Of a stretch of DNA of 64,000 bases, positions 48,518 to 58,970 are shown one piece after another. Each line of letters begins with the position of its first letter. Within the stretch, counting starts at the first letter, position 1. Origin of the DNA: an uncultured Elusimicrobia bacterium (GTDB lineage Bacteria > Elusimicrobiota > Elusimicrobia > UBA1565 > UBA9628); contig CAIRTQ010000036.1 of NCBI GenBank assembly GCA_903881545.1, positions 3,772 through 67,771 on the forward strand, read 5' to 3'. A model generated the notes under the pieces. The model was not told the DNA's origin and did not search any database. It saw nothing but the letters and a program-made list of their open reading frames with translations. Position numbers and translations under genes: made by a program.

Positions 48518-48569
48518 GTCTGCCGGTGCCTATATCTTACGACCTTTAGGTCAAGGCAAGGTCAAGAAC
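48487..48569. repeat. Conserved 83-bp element, copy A (84 % identical to 62192-62273)
   Basis: Direct alignment: 70 of 83 nt identical, last 28 nt perfect (acctttaggtcaaggcaaggtcaagaac). Confidence 0.85.
48549..48566. promoter_or_regulatory. Pho-box-like direct repeat CTTGACC-TTGC-CTTGACC (minus-strand reading), candidate OmpR/PhoB-type response-regulator site
   Basis: 7-nt repeat plus 4-nt spacer gives 11-bp periodicity. Immediately upstream of the minus-strand small ORF and 35 bp upstream of the response-regulator ATG on the plus strand. Confidence 0.45.
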
Positions 48570-48600
48570 GGCTCCCCCGTGCGCTTTGGCTATCAAAAAA

Positions 48601-49328
48601 TGCAATCATATGGTTTCGTCAAAGGCACCGTGTCCCTGCAACGAATCCTCGTCGTCGAAGACTACCCGGACATGCAGAAATTCTACGCCGACATGCTGCG
48701 CCAGCTTTCCCGCAAGACTCCGCTGGAATTCTTCATAGCCGGGACCGTGCCCAAGGCCCGCGAGATACTCGGCCGCCATGCCGTGGACTTCATCATCCTC
48801 GACTGGATGATGCCCGGCGTCTCGGGCCTTGATTTCATGAAGGAACTGCGCTCCCAGCCCGAGCACAAAGACGTCCTGGTCATCATGGTCACGGCCAGAA
48901 GCACGGCCCAGGACTGCGCCGAGGCCCTCTACGCCGGGGCCGACGATTTTCTCTCCAAGCCGTTCAATGGGGACGTGCTCCTGGCGCGGTTGCACAGCCT
49001 GGCGCGACGCAAGGGACGGCTCTGGGAGGCCGGGGCCCCCATCGTGCACGGCGACATCCGCCTCGACCCGGCCCGCTGCGAGGCGACAGTCTCGGGCAAA
49101 CCGGTGCGGCTGCCCCCCAAGGAGCTGCACCTGCTGGAACTTTTTCTTAGGCGTCCCAATGTCCTGCATTCGGCCGCCTCCCTCTGGGAGAGCGGCTGGG
49201 GCATGGACACCGAGAACTGGCATCACATCCTGATCGCGACCATCTCGCACCTGAAGAAGCTACTGGGCCCGAAGCACGGGGCGCACATCAAGACCCGCCG
49301 GGGCCTGGGCTACATCTTCGAACCCTAA
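48601..49328 (+). CDS. OmpR/PhoB-family response regulator (receiver plus winged-helix), no adjacent histidine kinase
   Basis: RILVVEDYPD, phospho-acceptor D in FIILDWMMPG, and a C-terminal trans_reg_C domain (..RRGLGYIFEP). Start taken at ATG 48601. Confidence 0.8.
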
Positions 49329-49427
49329 GCGCAGTTGGCGTTCCCCCGCCCACGCCGCCCACCACCGCGCGTTTTTTTGGTATCCTCTGGCCGTCGCGTT
49401 GGAAAGCCTTCTCCAGGAGAGCCGAAC

Positions 49428-51365
49428 ATGCCCGAGTTCAAGCCCTACATCGACGATGCCGCCGACATCGCGGAGTTCTCCCTCAAGGCGGTCGTCCTAG
49501 GCGCCCTCTTCGGCGTCCTCTTCGGCGCCTCGACCGTCTACCTGGCCCTGCGCGCCGGCCTGACCGTCTCCGCCTCCATCCCCATCGCGGTCCTGGCCAT
49601 CGCCGTGTTCAAAAAGCTCGGCAAGTCCACCATCCTGGAGAACAACATCGTGCAGACCATCGGCTCCGCCGGCGAGTCCATCGCCGCGGGCGTGGTCTTC
49701 ACCGTGCCCGCGCTCATGTTCCTCAGCAATGGCGCGCAGTACTTCCGCTACTTCCAGATATTCACCCTTTCCCTGGTAGGCGGCATCCTAGGCATCCTTT
49801 TTATGATTCCCTTGCGCCGCGCCCTCATCGTCAAGGAGCACGGCTCTTTGCCTTACCCCGAAGGCACCGCCTGCGCGGAGGTCCTGGTGGCTGGCGAGAA
49901 GGGCGGCAACCTCGCCAAGATGGTCTTCTCCGGGGTGTGGACCGCCATCGCCTACAAGCTGCTGATGAGCGTGTTTGGCCTCTGGAAGGACACGCCCGAA
50001 TTCGTCACCTCCCGCGCCTCCCAATTGCCCAACCTCACCGTCAACTCCGAGATCACGCCCGAGTACCTGGGCGTGGGCTACATCATCGGGCCCCTGGGCT
50101 CGGCCCAGATCGTGGCCGGCTCGGTCCTCTCCTGGATGGTGCTCATCCCGCTCATCACCCTCTTCGGCGACAAGATCCCCTCGGCCATGCTGCCGGGCTG
50201 GCATGACAAGCTCATCAGCCAGATGGACCCGCTGGATATCTTCAAGGGCTATGTCCGCTACATCGGGGCCGGCGCGGTCGCGGCCGGCGGCCTCTTCACT
50301 TTGGTGCGCACCATCCCCACCATCATCTCGTCATTCCAGGGCAGCCTCAAGGACTTGAAAAACGCCGGCCAGGGCGGTAGCCGCAAGCGCACGGAACGCG
50401 ACATCCCCATGAACTATGTCCTGTGGGGCTCGCTGGCCCTGGCCTTGGTCATGGCGGTCCTGCCCCAGTTCCCGGGCAAGTTCCCCGCGACCTTGGTCAT
50501 GTCCCTCATGATCCTGGTCTTCGGATTCTTCTTCGTGACCGTGTCCAGCCGCATCGTGGGCATCATCGGCTCATCCTCCAACCCCATCTCGGGCATGACC
50601 ATCGGAACCATCATGGCCACCTGCCTCATCTTCGTGGCCATGGGCTGGACCGGAGACGCCTACCAGGCCATCGCCCTGTTCGTGGGCGCGGTGGTATGCA
50701 TCGCCTCAGCCAACGCCGGGGCCACCTCCCAGGACCTCAAGACCGGCTATATCGTGGGCGCCACGCCGTGGAAGCAGCAGCTGGGCCTCATCATCGGGGT
50801 CCTGGCCTCGGTCTCAGTCGTGGGCCTGACCTTGTTCCTCCTGCACAACTCGCCCTACGGCCCCATCGGCTCGGAGAAGCTCTCCGCGCCCCAGGCGACC
50901 TTGATGGCCACCCTCATCAAGGGCCTCCTGGCACGAGAGCTGCCCTGGGGCCTGGTCTTCATCGGCATCCTGATCTCGGTCTTCGTGGAGCTGCTGGGCG
51001 TGCGCTCCCTGCCGGTGGCGGTCGGTGTGTATCTGCCGCTGGCGACGACCATGCCGATATTCGTGGGTGGGATGATCAATCCCGCCGTGGCCTGGTGGAC
51101 GAAGCGCAAGGCCGAAGCCGAGGGCGAGATCAGCTCGGGCATGCTCTATTCCACCGGCCTGGTCGCGGGCGGGTCCTTGGCTGGCGTCGGCATCGCGGTG
51201 CTGGCCGGCGTGCACGAGGGCTACTTCGCCAGATTGCTCAATTTTGGACTGAAGATCAACGCCGTAGGATCCTTCGGCGCTTACGCCGACTTGGTATCGG
51301 TAGCGGCTTTCGCGGCGCTGGCATTCATGCTGTTCCATGCCGCGTGCCGCAAGGTCCCGCGTTGA
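49428..51365 (+). CDS. OPT-family oligopeptide transporter
   Basis: About 645 aa and about 16 TM, starting MPEFKPYIDD. Confidence 0.75.
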   Translation: MPEFKPYIDDAADIAEFSLKAVVLGALFGVLFGASTVYLALRAGLTVSASIPIAVLAIAVFKKLGKSTILENNIVQTIGSAGESIAAGVVFTVPALMFLSNGAQYFRYFQIFTLSLVGGILGILFMIPLRRALIVKEHGSLPYPEGTACAEVLVAGEKGGNLAKMVFSGVWTAIAYKLLMSVFGLWKDTPEFVTSRASQLPNLTVNSEITPEYLGVGYIIGPLGSAQIVAGSVLSWMVLIPLITLFGDKIPSAMLPGWHDKLISQMDPLDIFKGYVRYIGAGAVAAGGLFTLVRTIPTIISSFQGSLKDLKNAGQGGSRKRTERDIPMNYVLWGSLALALVMAVLPQFPGKFPATLVMSLMILVFGFFFVTVSSRIVGIIGSSSNPISGMTIGTIMATCLIFVAMGWTGDAYQAIALFVGAVVCIASANAGATSQDLKTGYIVGATPWKQQLGLIIGVLASVSVVGLTLFLLHNSPYGPIGSEKLSAPQATLMATLIKGLLARELPWGLVFIGILISVFVELLGVRSLPVAVGVYLPLATTMPIFVGGMINPAVAWWTKRKAEAEGEISSGMLYSTGLVAGGSLAGVGIAVLAGVHEGYFARLLNFGLKINAVGSFGAYADLVSVAAFAALAFMLFHAACRKVPR

Positions 51366-51841
51366 GCCACCCCCCCTCGGCCTCACCCGAGCACACACAT
51401 GCGCGGGTACCGCCGCCCCTTATCCTGGCCGTTTTCTTCACCTTGGGCATCCTCTGCGAGCGGTGGTTCCCCACGCCGACGATCCCGGCACCATGGCGCC
51501 AGCTATCCGCGGGCTTCTGCTTGGCCGCCTCCGGCGTCCTCTTCGCCTGGGGCTTGACGTGCTTCGCGCGGGCGCGCACCAATCCCATCCCCTTCCACAA
51601 CAGCGCGGCCCTGCTGACCTCCGGGCCCTACCGCTTCTCCCGCAATCCTCTCTATGTGAGCGCCGCCCTTCTCTACGCCGGTCTGGCTTTGTGGTGGAAA
51701 GTGCTTTGGGCCTTGCCCCTACTGCCTCTCGCCCTGGCGGCGCTGCGGCGCCTGGTCATCGACAAGGAGGAAAGCCTCCTGGGAAGCAGGTTCGGCGCGG
51801 AATATCTGGCCTACAAAGGGCGGGTGCGGCGGTGGCTCTGA
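51362..51841 (+). CDS. ICMT/PEMT-family membrane methyltransferase (isoprenylcysteine carboxyl methyltransferase-like)
   Basis: SGPYRFSRNPLYVSAALLYAG ... GSRFGAEYLAYKGRVRRWL C-terminal signature. Only TTG 51362 (TTGA overlap with the OPT stop) is available as a start. Confidence 0.6.
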   Translation: MSHPPSASPEHTHARVPPPLILAVFFTLGILCERWFPTPTIPAPWRQLSAGFCLAASGVLFAWGLTCFARARTNPIPFHNSAALLTSGPYRFSRNPLYVSAALLYAGLALWWKVLWALPLLPLALAALRRLVIDKEESLLGSRFGAEYLAYKGRVRRWL

Positions 51842-51851
51842 AGCGGGCAGA

Positions 51852-52808
51852 ATGAACGACAAGCAAGCGCTGGCGGTTGGCCTCGTCATGGACGAGCTCT
51901 TCGACCTTTCCCTGTATAGGGAATTGGCCAAGACCGTTTCTGGGCCGCTCCAGGCCATGCTGAAAGAGCTCATCATCGTGGAAGAGCGGCACTGCGCCTT
52001 CTGGCAGGAATTCTTCGGCCTGAAAGTGGACAGGCTCGACCTCAGACGCCGAGTCAAGCTCCGGATCATCGTCCTGACCTGCCGGCTCTTCGGAGCCACG
52101 GCCGTGCATTTGGTCCTGGACGCGACCGAGGTCTACGGCATCCGGAAATACCTCGCGGCCTGGGAGCGCTACCGAGACCAGCCTTTGGGACAGGCCATCA
52201 AGGAAGTCCTGAAGGATGAATTTCAGCACGAGGCCGACATCGTCTCCGGGATGTCGCAGAGGCACATCAACCCCGATCGGGTGCGCAACATCTTCTTCGG
52301 CCTCAACGACGGCTCGATAGAAATCCTGGGAGCCCTGAGCGGATTCTTCGCGGCCTTCCATCGCCCGGACCTGGTCCTCATGGCCGGCTCCAGCGTGGCC
52401 GTAGCCGGAGCCCTCTCCATGGCGGCCGGCGCCTACGGCGCCTCCAGTTCGGAGCGGGAGATTCTCCAGATCCAAAGCCGGAAGGAAACGTTCCTGGGCA
52501 AGCCCGCATCGGCCGCCGGATCCGCGGACGGCCCGGTCCAAGCCGCGGCCGTCATAGGGGCGTCCTTCTTCGTGGGCGCCATGATTCCCTTGGCCCCGGT
52601 GCTCCTCGGGGCCAGAAGCGTCTTGCCCCCTCTCTTTTTCTCGGGCTGCGCGATAGCCGGGATATCCTCGGTGCTGGCCTACTTATCCGGTATGGCCATG
52701 CGCAAGCGCGTCCTTAGCAATCTCGCTATCATGGCGGCCGCGGTGGCAATCACTTATCTGATCGGAGTCTTGGCCAAGAACCTGTGGGGGATCAGCCTGG
52801 GAGGTTGA
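51852..52808 (+). CDS. Membrane-bound ferritin-like / VIT1 (CCC1) fusion protein, MbfA-like iron-manganese exporter
   Basis: N-terminal ferritin-like four-helix region (EERHCAFWQEF...EFQHEAD). GLNDGSIEILGALSG VIT-family motif plus about 4 TM. Confidence 0.7.
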   Translation: MNDKQALAVGLVMDELFDLSLYRELAKTVSGPLQAMLKELIIVEERHCAFWQEFFGLKVDRLDLRRRVKLRIIVLTCRLFGATAVHLVLDATEVYGIRKYLAAWERYRDQPLGQAIKEVLKDEFQHEADIVSGMSQRHINPDRVRNIFFGLNDGSIEILGALSGFFAAFHRPDLVLMAGSSVAVAGALSMAAGAYGASSSEREILQIQSRKETFLGKPASAAGSADGPVQAAAVIGASFFVGAMIPLAPVLLGARSVLPPLFFSGCAIAGISSVLAYLSGMAMRKRVLSNLAIMAAAVAITYLIGVLAKNLWGISLGG

Positions 52809-52810
52809 TT

Positions 52811-53923
52811 ATGAATCATAAGAATATGAAGTTGGTCTTTATTGTGACAGGTCTGCTCGTAGCGCTTGCGGGGGCCAGGGCCGGGTGGTGCGGCCCCGGA
52901 GAGGACGCACTACTCGCCTTGGGCGTCGATAATCAACGCGCCTTGGACTTGGCCGAGCCCGCCGCGAAGCAGGGCGACCCCCTCGCGCAGTATGTGCTGG
53001 GGCGCATCTATGCCGAAGGCCGCAACGTCACCAAGAATGAAGCCGAGGGCGCCAAATGGTTCGCGCTGGCTGTCCCAAGGGTCAAGGCGCTTGCCGAATC
53101 CGGCAACGCCCCCGCGCAATTCGCTCTGGGCAGCCTCTATAATCGCGGGCAAGCCGTCAGCCAGGATTACTCGCAGGCGGCCGCCTGGTTCCGCAAGGCG
53201 GCCACACAGGGATACGCACCGGGCCAAAACGCCCTTGGCGTATGCTATGTCTCGGGCCAGGGCACGGCCCAGGACTTGGCCCAAGGGGTCAAATGGTACC
53301 GCAAGGCGGCCGAACAAGGGTTTGCCATAGCCCAGAACAACCTCGGCACCCTATACGCCAGCGGGCAAGGCGTCGCGCCGGACACCGGCAAGGCGGCCCT
53401 ATGGTTCCGCAAAGCCGCGGACCAAGGCAATGCCTACGCCCAAGTCAGCCTCGGCTCGATGTATTCCAACGGCATCGGCGTGGCCAAGGCCGCCGCCGAA
53501 GCCGTCAAATGGTTCCGCAAGGCCGCCGACCAGGGCAATGCGGAGGCCCAGCGCGACCTCGGCGTGAGCTATTTCAACGGGCAGGGCGTGGCCCAGGACT
53601 TCCCGGAGGCGGCCAAGTGGTATCGCAAGGCCGCGGAACAGGGCAACGCCGAGGCGCAGAGCATCATCAGCTCCATGTATCTCGATGGGCAGGGCGTCGC
53701 CAAGGACGCCGTCGAAGCTGACCGATTCTTAAAAATGGCATGCGGCAGTGGGGACCAACAGGCTTGCCTGAAATCCCAGGCCCTGGCCGAGCAAAAGGCC
53801 GCGAACGAAAAGCGCAGACGCGCCGGACTGATCCGGGTCATAGTCACGGGGCTTTTCGCGCTGGGAGCGGTCCTGTTCGTCCTTTATTGGATCTCGGGGA
53901 CGGCCAAGGAGAACGCCTCCTAG
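52811..53923 (+). CDS. Sel1-repeat (TPR-like) protein with signal peptide and C-terminal membrane anchor
   Basis: About 8 tandem Sel1 repeats (..AQYNLG..Y..G.GV.QD..KAVKWYRKAAEQG..). C-terminal TM. Confidence 0.8.
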   Translation: MNHKNMKLVFIVTGLLVALAGARAGWCGPGEDALLALGVDNQRALDLAEPAAKQGDPLAQYVLGRIYAEGRNVTKNEAEGAKWFALAVPRVKALAESGNAPAQFALGSLYNRGQAVSQDYSQAAAWFRKAATQGYAPGQNALGVCYVSGQGTAQDLAQGVKWYRKAAEQGFAIAQNNLGTLYASGQGVAPDTGKAALWFRKAADQGNAYAQVSLGSMYSNGIGVAKAAAEAVKWFRKAADQGNAEAQRDLGVSYFNGQGVAQDFPEAAKWYRKAAEQGNAEAQSIISSMYLDGQGVAKDAVEADRFLKMACGSGDQQACLKSQALAEQKAANEKRRRAGLIRVIVTGLFALGAVLFVLYWISGTAKENAS

Positions 53924-53966
53924 GATGCGCTGGGCGAAACGCCAGCTTTTGCTATCATAGCCTCTC

Positions 53967-54464
53967 ATGGACAAGATATTCCACGCTCTCTTGGCGACCA
54001 GCGTAGTGGTCGCGGCCGCGGTCGGGGCCAGCTATGCCGTCATCAGGTGGGTCCCGTCAGGCTCCACGCGCAACGCGGCGGAACGCTGGCTCATCGCCCC
54101 CGGCGAAGCGCTCTACGCCCGAGCGCAAGAGCGGGATGTGCAGACCAGTATCCGCGAAGGGCGGCAATGCCTCGCCCGCGCCGGCGTCGAGATCAGAAAG
54201 CTCCAAAACACGCCCTTGGGCCGCCAGGCCAGCCAAGCCGCGACCAAGGCCGAGGTCGGCACCCGGCGCCTTCTGCACCTCTACAACGCGGGGGCCTGGG
54301 CCGCCACGGGGTTCGCCGTCTGCCTCCTCCTCACGCTCCTCTTCGGGGTCTCCTCGATCAAATCCGCGTTGTCCCTGGGGTTCAAGGTCACGCTCTTCTT
54401 GATTGTCCTGCAGGCGACCCTGATCCTGGGCGGCTTCCTGGCCCTGCACAAGCACGCGGGCTAG
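53967..54464 (+). CDS. Hypothetical membrane protein
   Basis: N-terminal TM, basic coiled region, 2 C-terminal TM. No family recognised. Confidence 0.45.
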   Translation: MDKIFHALLATSVVVAAAVGASYAVIRWVPSGSTRNAAERWLIAPGEALYARAQERDVQTSIREGRQCLARAGVEIRKLQNTPLGRQASQAATKAEVGTRRLLHLYNAGAWAATGFAVCLLLTLLFGVSSIKSALSLGFKVTLFLIVLQATLILGGFLALHKHAG

Positions 54465-54482
54465 CAAACGGCCCCTACTCCA

Positions 54483-55790
54483 TTGACTAAATCCATGCGC
54501 CCCATCCGCATCGCGGTGGCAGGCCTCGGCGTGGTCGGCTCGGAGACCGTGCGGCTCCTGAGGGCCCGAAGCGAAAGCCTGCGCCAGCGCATGGGCACGC
54601 GGATCGAGATCGCGGCGGTCTGCGACCGGCACGCCTCGGCCATGGCCAAACGGCTCGGCCTGCCCGCCTCGGTGCGCCGCCTCAGCGACCCCCGCCTCCT
54701 GCCCGGCTTGCCAGGGGTGGACGCCGTGGTCGAACTCATGGGCGGGCTGGATGCGCCGCGGAGCCTGGTCCTGGCCTCCCTGCGCCAAGGCCGCCATGTG
54801 GTCACGGCCAACAAGCGCCTCCTGGCCCATTGCTGGAAGGAGCTCGGCCAAGCCGCGGCGCAGGGCCGCAGCCGACTCCATTTCGAGGCCAGCGTGGCCG
54901 GCGGCATCCCTATCCTCAAAGCCCTGGACACCAGCCTCGCGGGCGACCGCATCGAAGCCGTCTACGGCATCTTGAACGGCACCACGAACTTCATCCTCAC
55001 GCGCATGGCCGAAGGCATGGACCCCGCCGCGGCCCTGCGCCGCGCCCAGGAGTTGGGCCTGGCCGAGGCCGACCCAACGCGTGATCTCAGCGGCCAGGAC
55101 ACTGCGGACAAGGTCTCCATCCTGGCGTCCTTGGTCACCGGCTCCTGGCTCAGGCCCGCTCAGGTGAACACCTCCGGCATCACCGGCGTCGCCCCGGAGG
55201 ACATGGCTTTCGCTGAGACCGTGCTCGGACGCCGGATCAAGCTCCTGGGCACGCTGCGCGTCCTGAGCCGCGCGGGAAGAAGGCCCGCGGTCGAAGCCTT
55301 CGCGGCGCCGGTCTTGATCCCTCTCGCCCACCCCTTGGCCGCGGTCCGCGACGAGTTCAACGCGGTGCTGGTCCGCGCCACCTCGGCCGGGGACCTCATG
55401 TTCTACGGCCGCGGCGCGGGCGCGGGGCCCGCAGCGAGCGCGGTCTTGGGCGACATCCTGGCCCTGGGCCGCGAGCTGGTTTCGGGCGCGGCGCCCGCCT
55501 CCGCGCCTCCGGGCCCGGCGCCGGTCTTGGGCGAAAGCGCCTGCTCCTTCTATCTGCGCCTGGCCGCGCTGGACCGGCCCGGAGTGCTCAGCGCGGTCAC
55601 CCAGGTCCTGGGCGGGCTTGGCATCTCGATCTCCACCATCCACCAGCCCGGGGCCTGCGGTCCGAAGCACATCCCCATCATGCTCACCACGCACCCCGCC
55701 CGCCCCGAGACTTTCCGCCGGGCCCTGCGCCGCATCCTCGCCTTGCCCGATATCTCGCGCCGCCACACCGTCATGAGGCTGCTCCCATGA
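54483..55790 (+). CDS. hom: Homoserine dehydrogenase
   Basis: NAD-binding [12 protein letters not shown], catalytic domain, C-terminal ACT domain. Confidence 0.9.
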   Translation: MTKSMRPIRIAVAGLGVVGSETVRLLRARSESLRQRMGTRIEIAAVCDRHASAMAKRLGLPASVRRLSDPRLLPGLPGVDAVVELMGGLDAPRSLVLASLRQGRHVVTANKRLLAHCWKELGQAAAQGRSRLHFEASVAGGIPILKALDTSLAGDRIEAVYGILNGTTNFILTRMAEGMDPAAALRRAQELGLAEADPTRDLSGQDTADKVSILASLVTGSWLRPAQVNTSGITGVAPEDMAFAETVLGRRIKLLGTLRVLSRAGRRPAVEAFAAPVLIPLAHPLAAVRDEFNAVLVRATSAGDLMFYGRGAGAGPAASAVLGDILALGRELVSGAAPASAPPGPAPVLGESACSFYLRLAALDRPGVLSAVTQVLGGLGISISTIHQPGACGPKHIPIMLTTHPARPETFRRALRRILALPDISRRHTVMRLLP

Positions 55791-56806
55791 GCGGCCTCAT
55801 AGCGCGCTACCGCGACCGCCTGCCGGTCACGGCCGCCACACCCATCGTCACCCTGGACGAGGGTGCGACCCCGCTGCTGCGCGCCGACCGGCTGGCCGCG
55901 GCCGCGGGACTGCGGCTGGGCTCCGTGCACCTCAAATTCGAGGGCGCCAACCCCACCGGTTCTTTCAAGGACCGCGGCATGACCTTGGCCATGTCCAAGG
56001 CCCTGGAGGAACACAGCCGCGGCGTCTTGTGCGCCTCGACCGGCAACACCGCGGCCTCGGCCGCGGCGTACTCCGCCCGGGCCGGTCTGCGCTGCGTGGT
56101 CTTCCTGCCCCGGGGCGCGGTGGCCGCGGGCAAGCTCGCCCAGGCCATGATGCACGGCGCCGAGATCGTGGATGTGCCGGGAAATTTCGACGAGGCCCTG
56201 GCTGCGGCGCTGGCCGTCGCCGCCGAGCAGGGCTTCACCGTGGTCAATTCCTCAAATCCCTACCGCATCGAGGGGCAGAAGACCGCGGCCTTCGAGGTGG
56301 TCGAGGCCTTGGGCCGCGCCCCGGATTTCCAGTTCATGCCCGTAGGCAACGCCGGCAACATCACGGCCTACTGGAAAGGCTATAAGGAACTCGGCGGCGC
56401 GCGACCGAAGATGATGGGCTTCCAAGCCGCGGGCGCGGCGCCATTGGTCTTGGGGCATGCGGTCAAGAATCCCAAGACCTTGGCCACGGCCATCCGCATC
56501 GGCGACCCCTATTCCCGGGCCGGGGCCCTGGCCGCGCGCGACGAATCCGGCGGGGCCATCGCGGCGGTCAGCGACGCCGAGATAGTGGCCGCCTACCGGT
56601 TCTTGGCCCGGGAGGAAGGCGTTTTCTGCGAGCCAGCCAGCGCGGCCGGCGTGGCCGGTCTGCTCAAGCTCGCGCGCGCGGGCCGCAAGCCCCGGGGCGT
56701 CGTGGTCTGCGTGCTCACGGGCCACGGCCTCAAGGACCCCGAGACCGCCCAAAAGACCCCCTGCCGCAGGCGTACTTTCCGGGCAGGCCGGAGATTCCAG
56801 CTTTGA
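55787..56806 (+). CDS. thrC: Threonine synthase
   Basis: PLP-lysine motif [14 protein letters not shown]. 4-nt overlaps on both sides. Confidence 0.9.
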   Translation: MSGLIARYRDRLPVTAATPIVTLDEGATPLLRADRLAAAAGLRLGSVHLKFEGANPTGSFKDRGMTLAMSKALEEHSRGVLCASTGNTAASAAAYSARAGLRCVVFLPRGAVAAGKLAQAMMHGAEIVDVPGNFDEALAAALAVAAEQGFTVVNSSNPYRIEGQKTAAFEVVEALGRAPDFQFMPVGNAGNITAYWKGYKELGGARPKMMGFQAAGAAPLVLGHAVKNPKTLATAIRIGDPYSRAGALAARDESGGAIAAVSDAEIVAAYRFLAREEGVFCEPASAAGVAGLLKLARAGRKPRGVVVCVLTGHGLKDPETAQKTPCRRRTFRAGRRFQL

Positions 56807-57723
56807 GCGTGCTGCGGCGGGTGCGCGTGCGGGTGCCAGCCTCTACGAGCAACCTCGGCCCGGGCTTCGACTGCCTGGGCATGGCCCTGGGACTTTACAA
56901 CGACCTGGTCGTGGAGATGCACTCTGAGGACGGCCCCAGCGTAGTCGCGGTGCGGGGCGAAGGGGCCGGGTCTTTGCCCTCAGACGAGAAAAACCTCATG
57001 GTGCAGGCCGCGGCCAGGGCCATCGCCGGCCGGTTCAAGAACCGCTTGGTCTTCAAGGCCGTCAACCGCATCCCCTTGGCCCGGGGCCTGGGTTCGAGCG
57101 CCGCCGCCATCGTGGCCGGGCTGGCCGCGGGCAGCCGGCTGGTTCGGCGCGGTCCGCTGGACCGGGAACAGATTTTCGCCCGCGCGGCCGAGCTTGAAGG
57201 CCACCCGGACAACGCGGCGCCCGCCGTCTTCGGCGGGGTCTCGGTCTGCGTGAAGGACGGCGCATCGATGAGCCGCTTCGCCCTCCGGCCGCATCGGGAC
57301 CTCGTGGCCGTGCTCTGCATCCCCAACTTCGAGCTGGCCACGGCCAAGGCCCGGGCCGCGCTGCCCCGGACCGTGCCGCGCGCGACCGCGGTCGCCAACA
57401 TCTCACGCGCCCTGCTCCTGGCCTCGGCCATCGAGCGCGGCCGCTGGGACGACCTGGCTTGCGCCATGGAGGACAGTCTGCACCAGCCTTATCGGGCGCC
57501 GCTCATCCCCGGCTTCTCCGAGGTGCTCGCCGCAGCGCGCGCCGCCGGCGCCTGCGGGGCCGCGCTCTCCGGCTCAGGCTCCGCCATGCTGGCGCTCTGC
57601 CGCAGAGGGCCCCGGGCCGCGGCCATCGGCGCGGCCATGCGCCGAGCCTTCGCCGCGCGCCGCGTGGCCAGCCGCGCCGTGGTCCTGCCCATCGCGCGCC
57701 AAGGCGTGAGCGTCCAGGAATGA
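56803..57723 (+). CDS. thrB: Homoserine kinase
   Basis: GHMP kinase motif [20 protein letters not shown]. Confidence 0.9.
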   Translation: MSVLRRVRVRVPASTSNLGPGFDCLGMALGLYNDLVVEMHSEDGPSVVAVRGEGAGSLPSDEKNLMVQAAARAIAGRFKNRLVFKAVNRIPLARGLGSSAAAIVAGLAAGSRLVRRGPLDREQIFARAAELEGHPDNAAPAVFGGVSVCVKDGASMSRFALRPHRDLVAVLCIPNFELATAKARAALPRTVPRATAVANISRALLLASAIERGRWDDLACAMEDSLHQPYRAPLIPGFSEVLAAARAAGACGAALSGSGSAMLALCRRGPRAAAIGAAMRRAFAARRVASRAVVLPIARQGVSVQE

Positions 57724-58970
57724 AAATGACCGCCCGCCAGAACATCCTGGTCATGAAGTTCGGCGGCACCTCGGTGGCCGACCCGGAGAAGATCCAGCGC
57801 GCCGCGGACCGGGCCGTGGCCGCGCGGCGCCGGGGCCGCGCCGTGGCGGTCGTGGTCTCTGCCCCGGGCGACATGACCGACGAGCTTCTAACCCTGGCCC
57901 GTCGCGTCGCGGCCGAACCCGACGACCGCGAGCTCGATCAGCTGCTGGCCACGGGCGAGCAGGTCGGCATCGCGCTCTTCGCCATGGCCTGCCGCGCGCG
58001 CGGGGCGCCGGCGGTATCGCTGACCGGGGCGCAAGCCGGCATCGACGCGGGCGGCGACCACACCCGCGCCCAGATCGTGCGCATCCGCGCGGGCAAGATC
58101 CTCCGGGAACTCCAGGCCGGCCGCATCGTGACCGTGGCGGGATTCCAGGGCGTCACCCCGGGCCGCGACGTGGCGACCCTCGGCCGGGGCGGCTCGGACC
58201 TGACCGCCGTGGCCCTGGCCTGCGCGCTCAAGACCCGCGAGTGCGAGATCTACACCGACGTCAAGGGCGTCTACACCGCGGACCCGCGCATCGTCTCGGA
58301 GGCGCGCAAGCTCGACCGGATCACGGCCGCGGAGATGCTGGAGCTCGCCGGAGCCGGGGCCCAGGTCATGCAGCCGCGTTCCATGGAGGTCGCGGAGCGC
58401 TTCGGCGTGTCCATCCATGTGCGTTCGGCCTTCCACCCGCAGCCGGGCACCTGGATCATTCCCAAGGAGAAAGCCATGCTGGAAAAAGCCTTCGTCTCGG
58501 CGCTGGCCCTCGACAAGAGCGAGGTGCGCCTCAACCTCATGGACCTACCGGACCGGCCAGGCGTGGCGGCGCAGGTCCTGGCGGCCCTGGCCGAGGCGCG
58601 CATCCCGGTGGACATGATCGTGCAATCCGCCCCCGCGCGAACGGGCGTCAACGCCATCTCGCTGATGACCCCGCGCGCCTTCGCCGCCAAGGCCCAAGAG
58701 GCGCTGGCGCCCATCGCCCGGCGCCTGGGCGCCCGCGTGGACATCCGCGACCAGGTAGCCAAGATCTCGGCCGTGGGCACGGGCTTCCGGCACCACCCCT
58801 GGATCGCGGCCAAGATGTTCGCGGCTTTGGCCGAGCACAAGATCAACATCCACATGATTGTAGCCTCGGACCTGCGCATCTCGGCCGTGGTGGACGCGCA
58901 CCACGGCGAGACCGCCCTGCGCGCCCTGCACCGGGCCTACGGATTGGCGCGCAAGAAAAAGTCGCGATGA
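57720..58970 (+). CDS. lysC: Aspartate kinase (two ACT domains)
   Basis: Starts [23 protein letters not shown] overlap with thrB. C-terminal ACT pair. Confidence 0.9.
   Translation: MKMTARQNILVMKFGGTSVADPEKIQRAADRAVAARRRGRAVAVVVSAPGDMTDELLTLARRVAAEPDDRELDQLLATGEQVGIALFAMACRARGAPAVSLTGAQAGIDAGGDHTRAQIVRIRAGKILRELQAGRIVTVAGFQGVTPGRDVATLGRGGSDLTAVALACALKTRECEIYTDVKGVYTADPRIVSEARKLDRITAAEMLELAGAGAQVMQPRSMEVAERFGVSIHVRSAFHPQPGTWIIPKEKAMLEKAFVSALALDKSEVRLNLMDLPDRPGVAAQVLAALAEARIPVDMIVQSAPARTGVNAISLMTPRAFAAKAQEALAPIARRLGARVDIRDQVAKISAVGTGFRHHPWIAAKMFAALAEHKINIHMIVASDLRISAVVDAHHGETALRALHRAYGLARKKKSR

Noticed and set aside
54057-55766. 569-aa minus-strand ORF
   Set aside because: Antisense to hom. 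GC-rich shadow frame.
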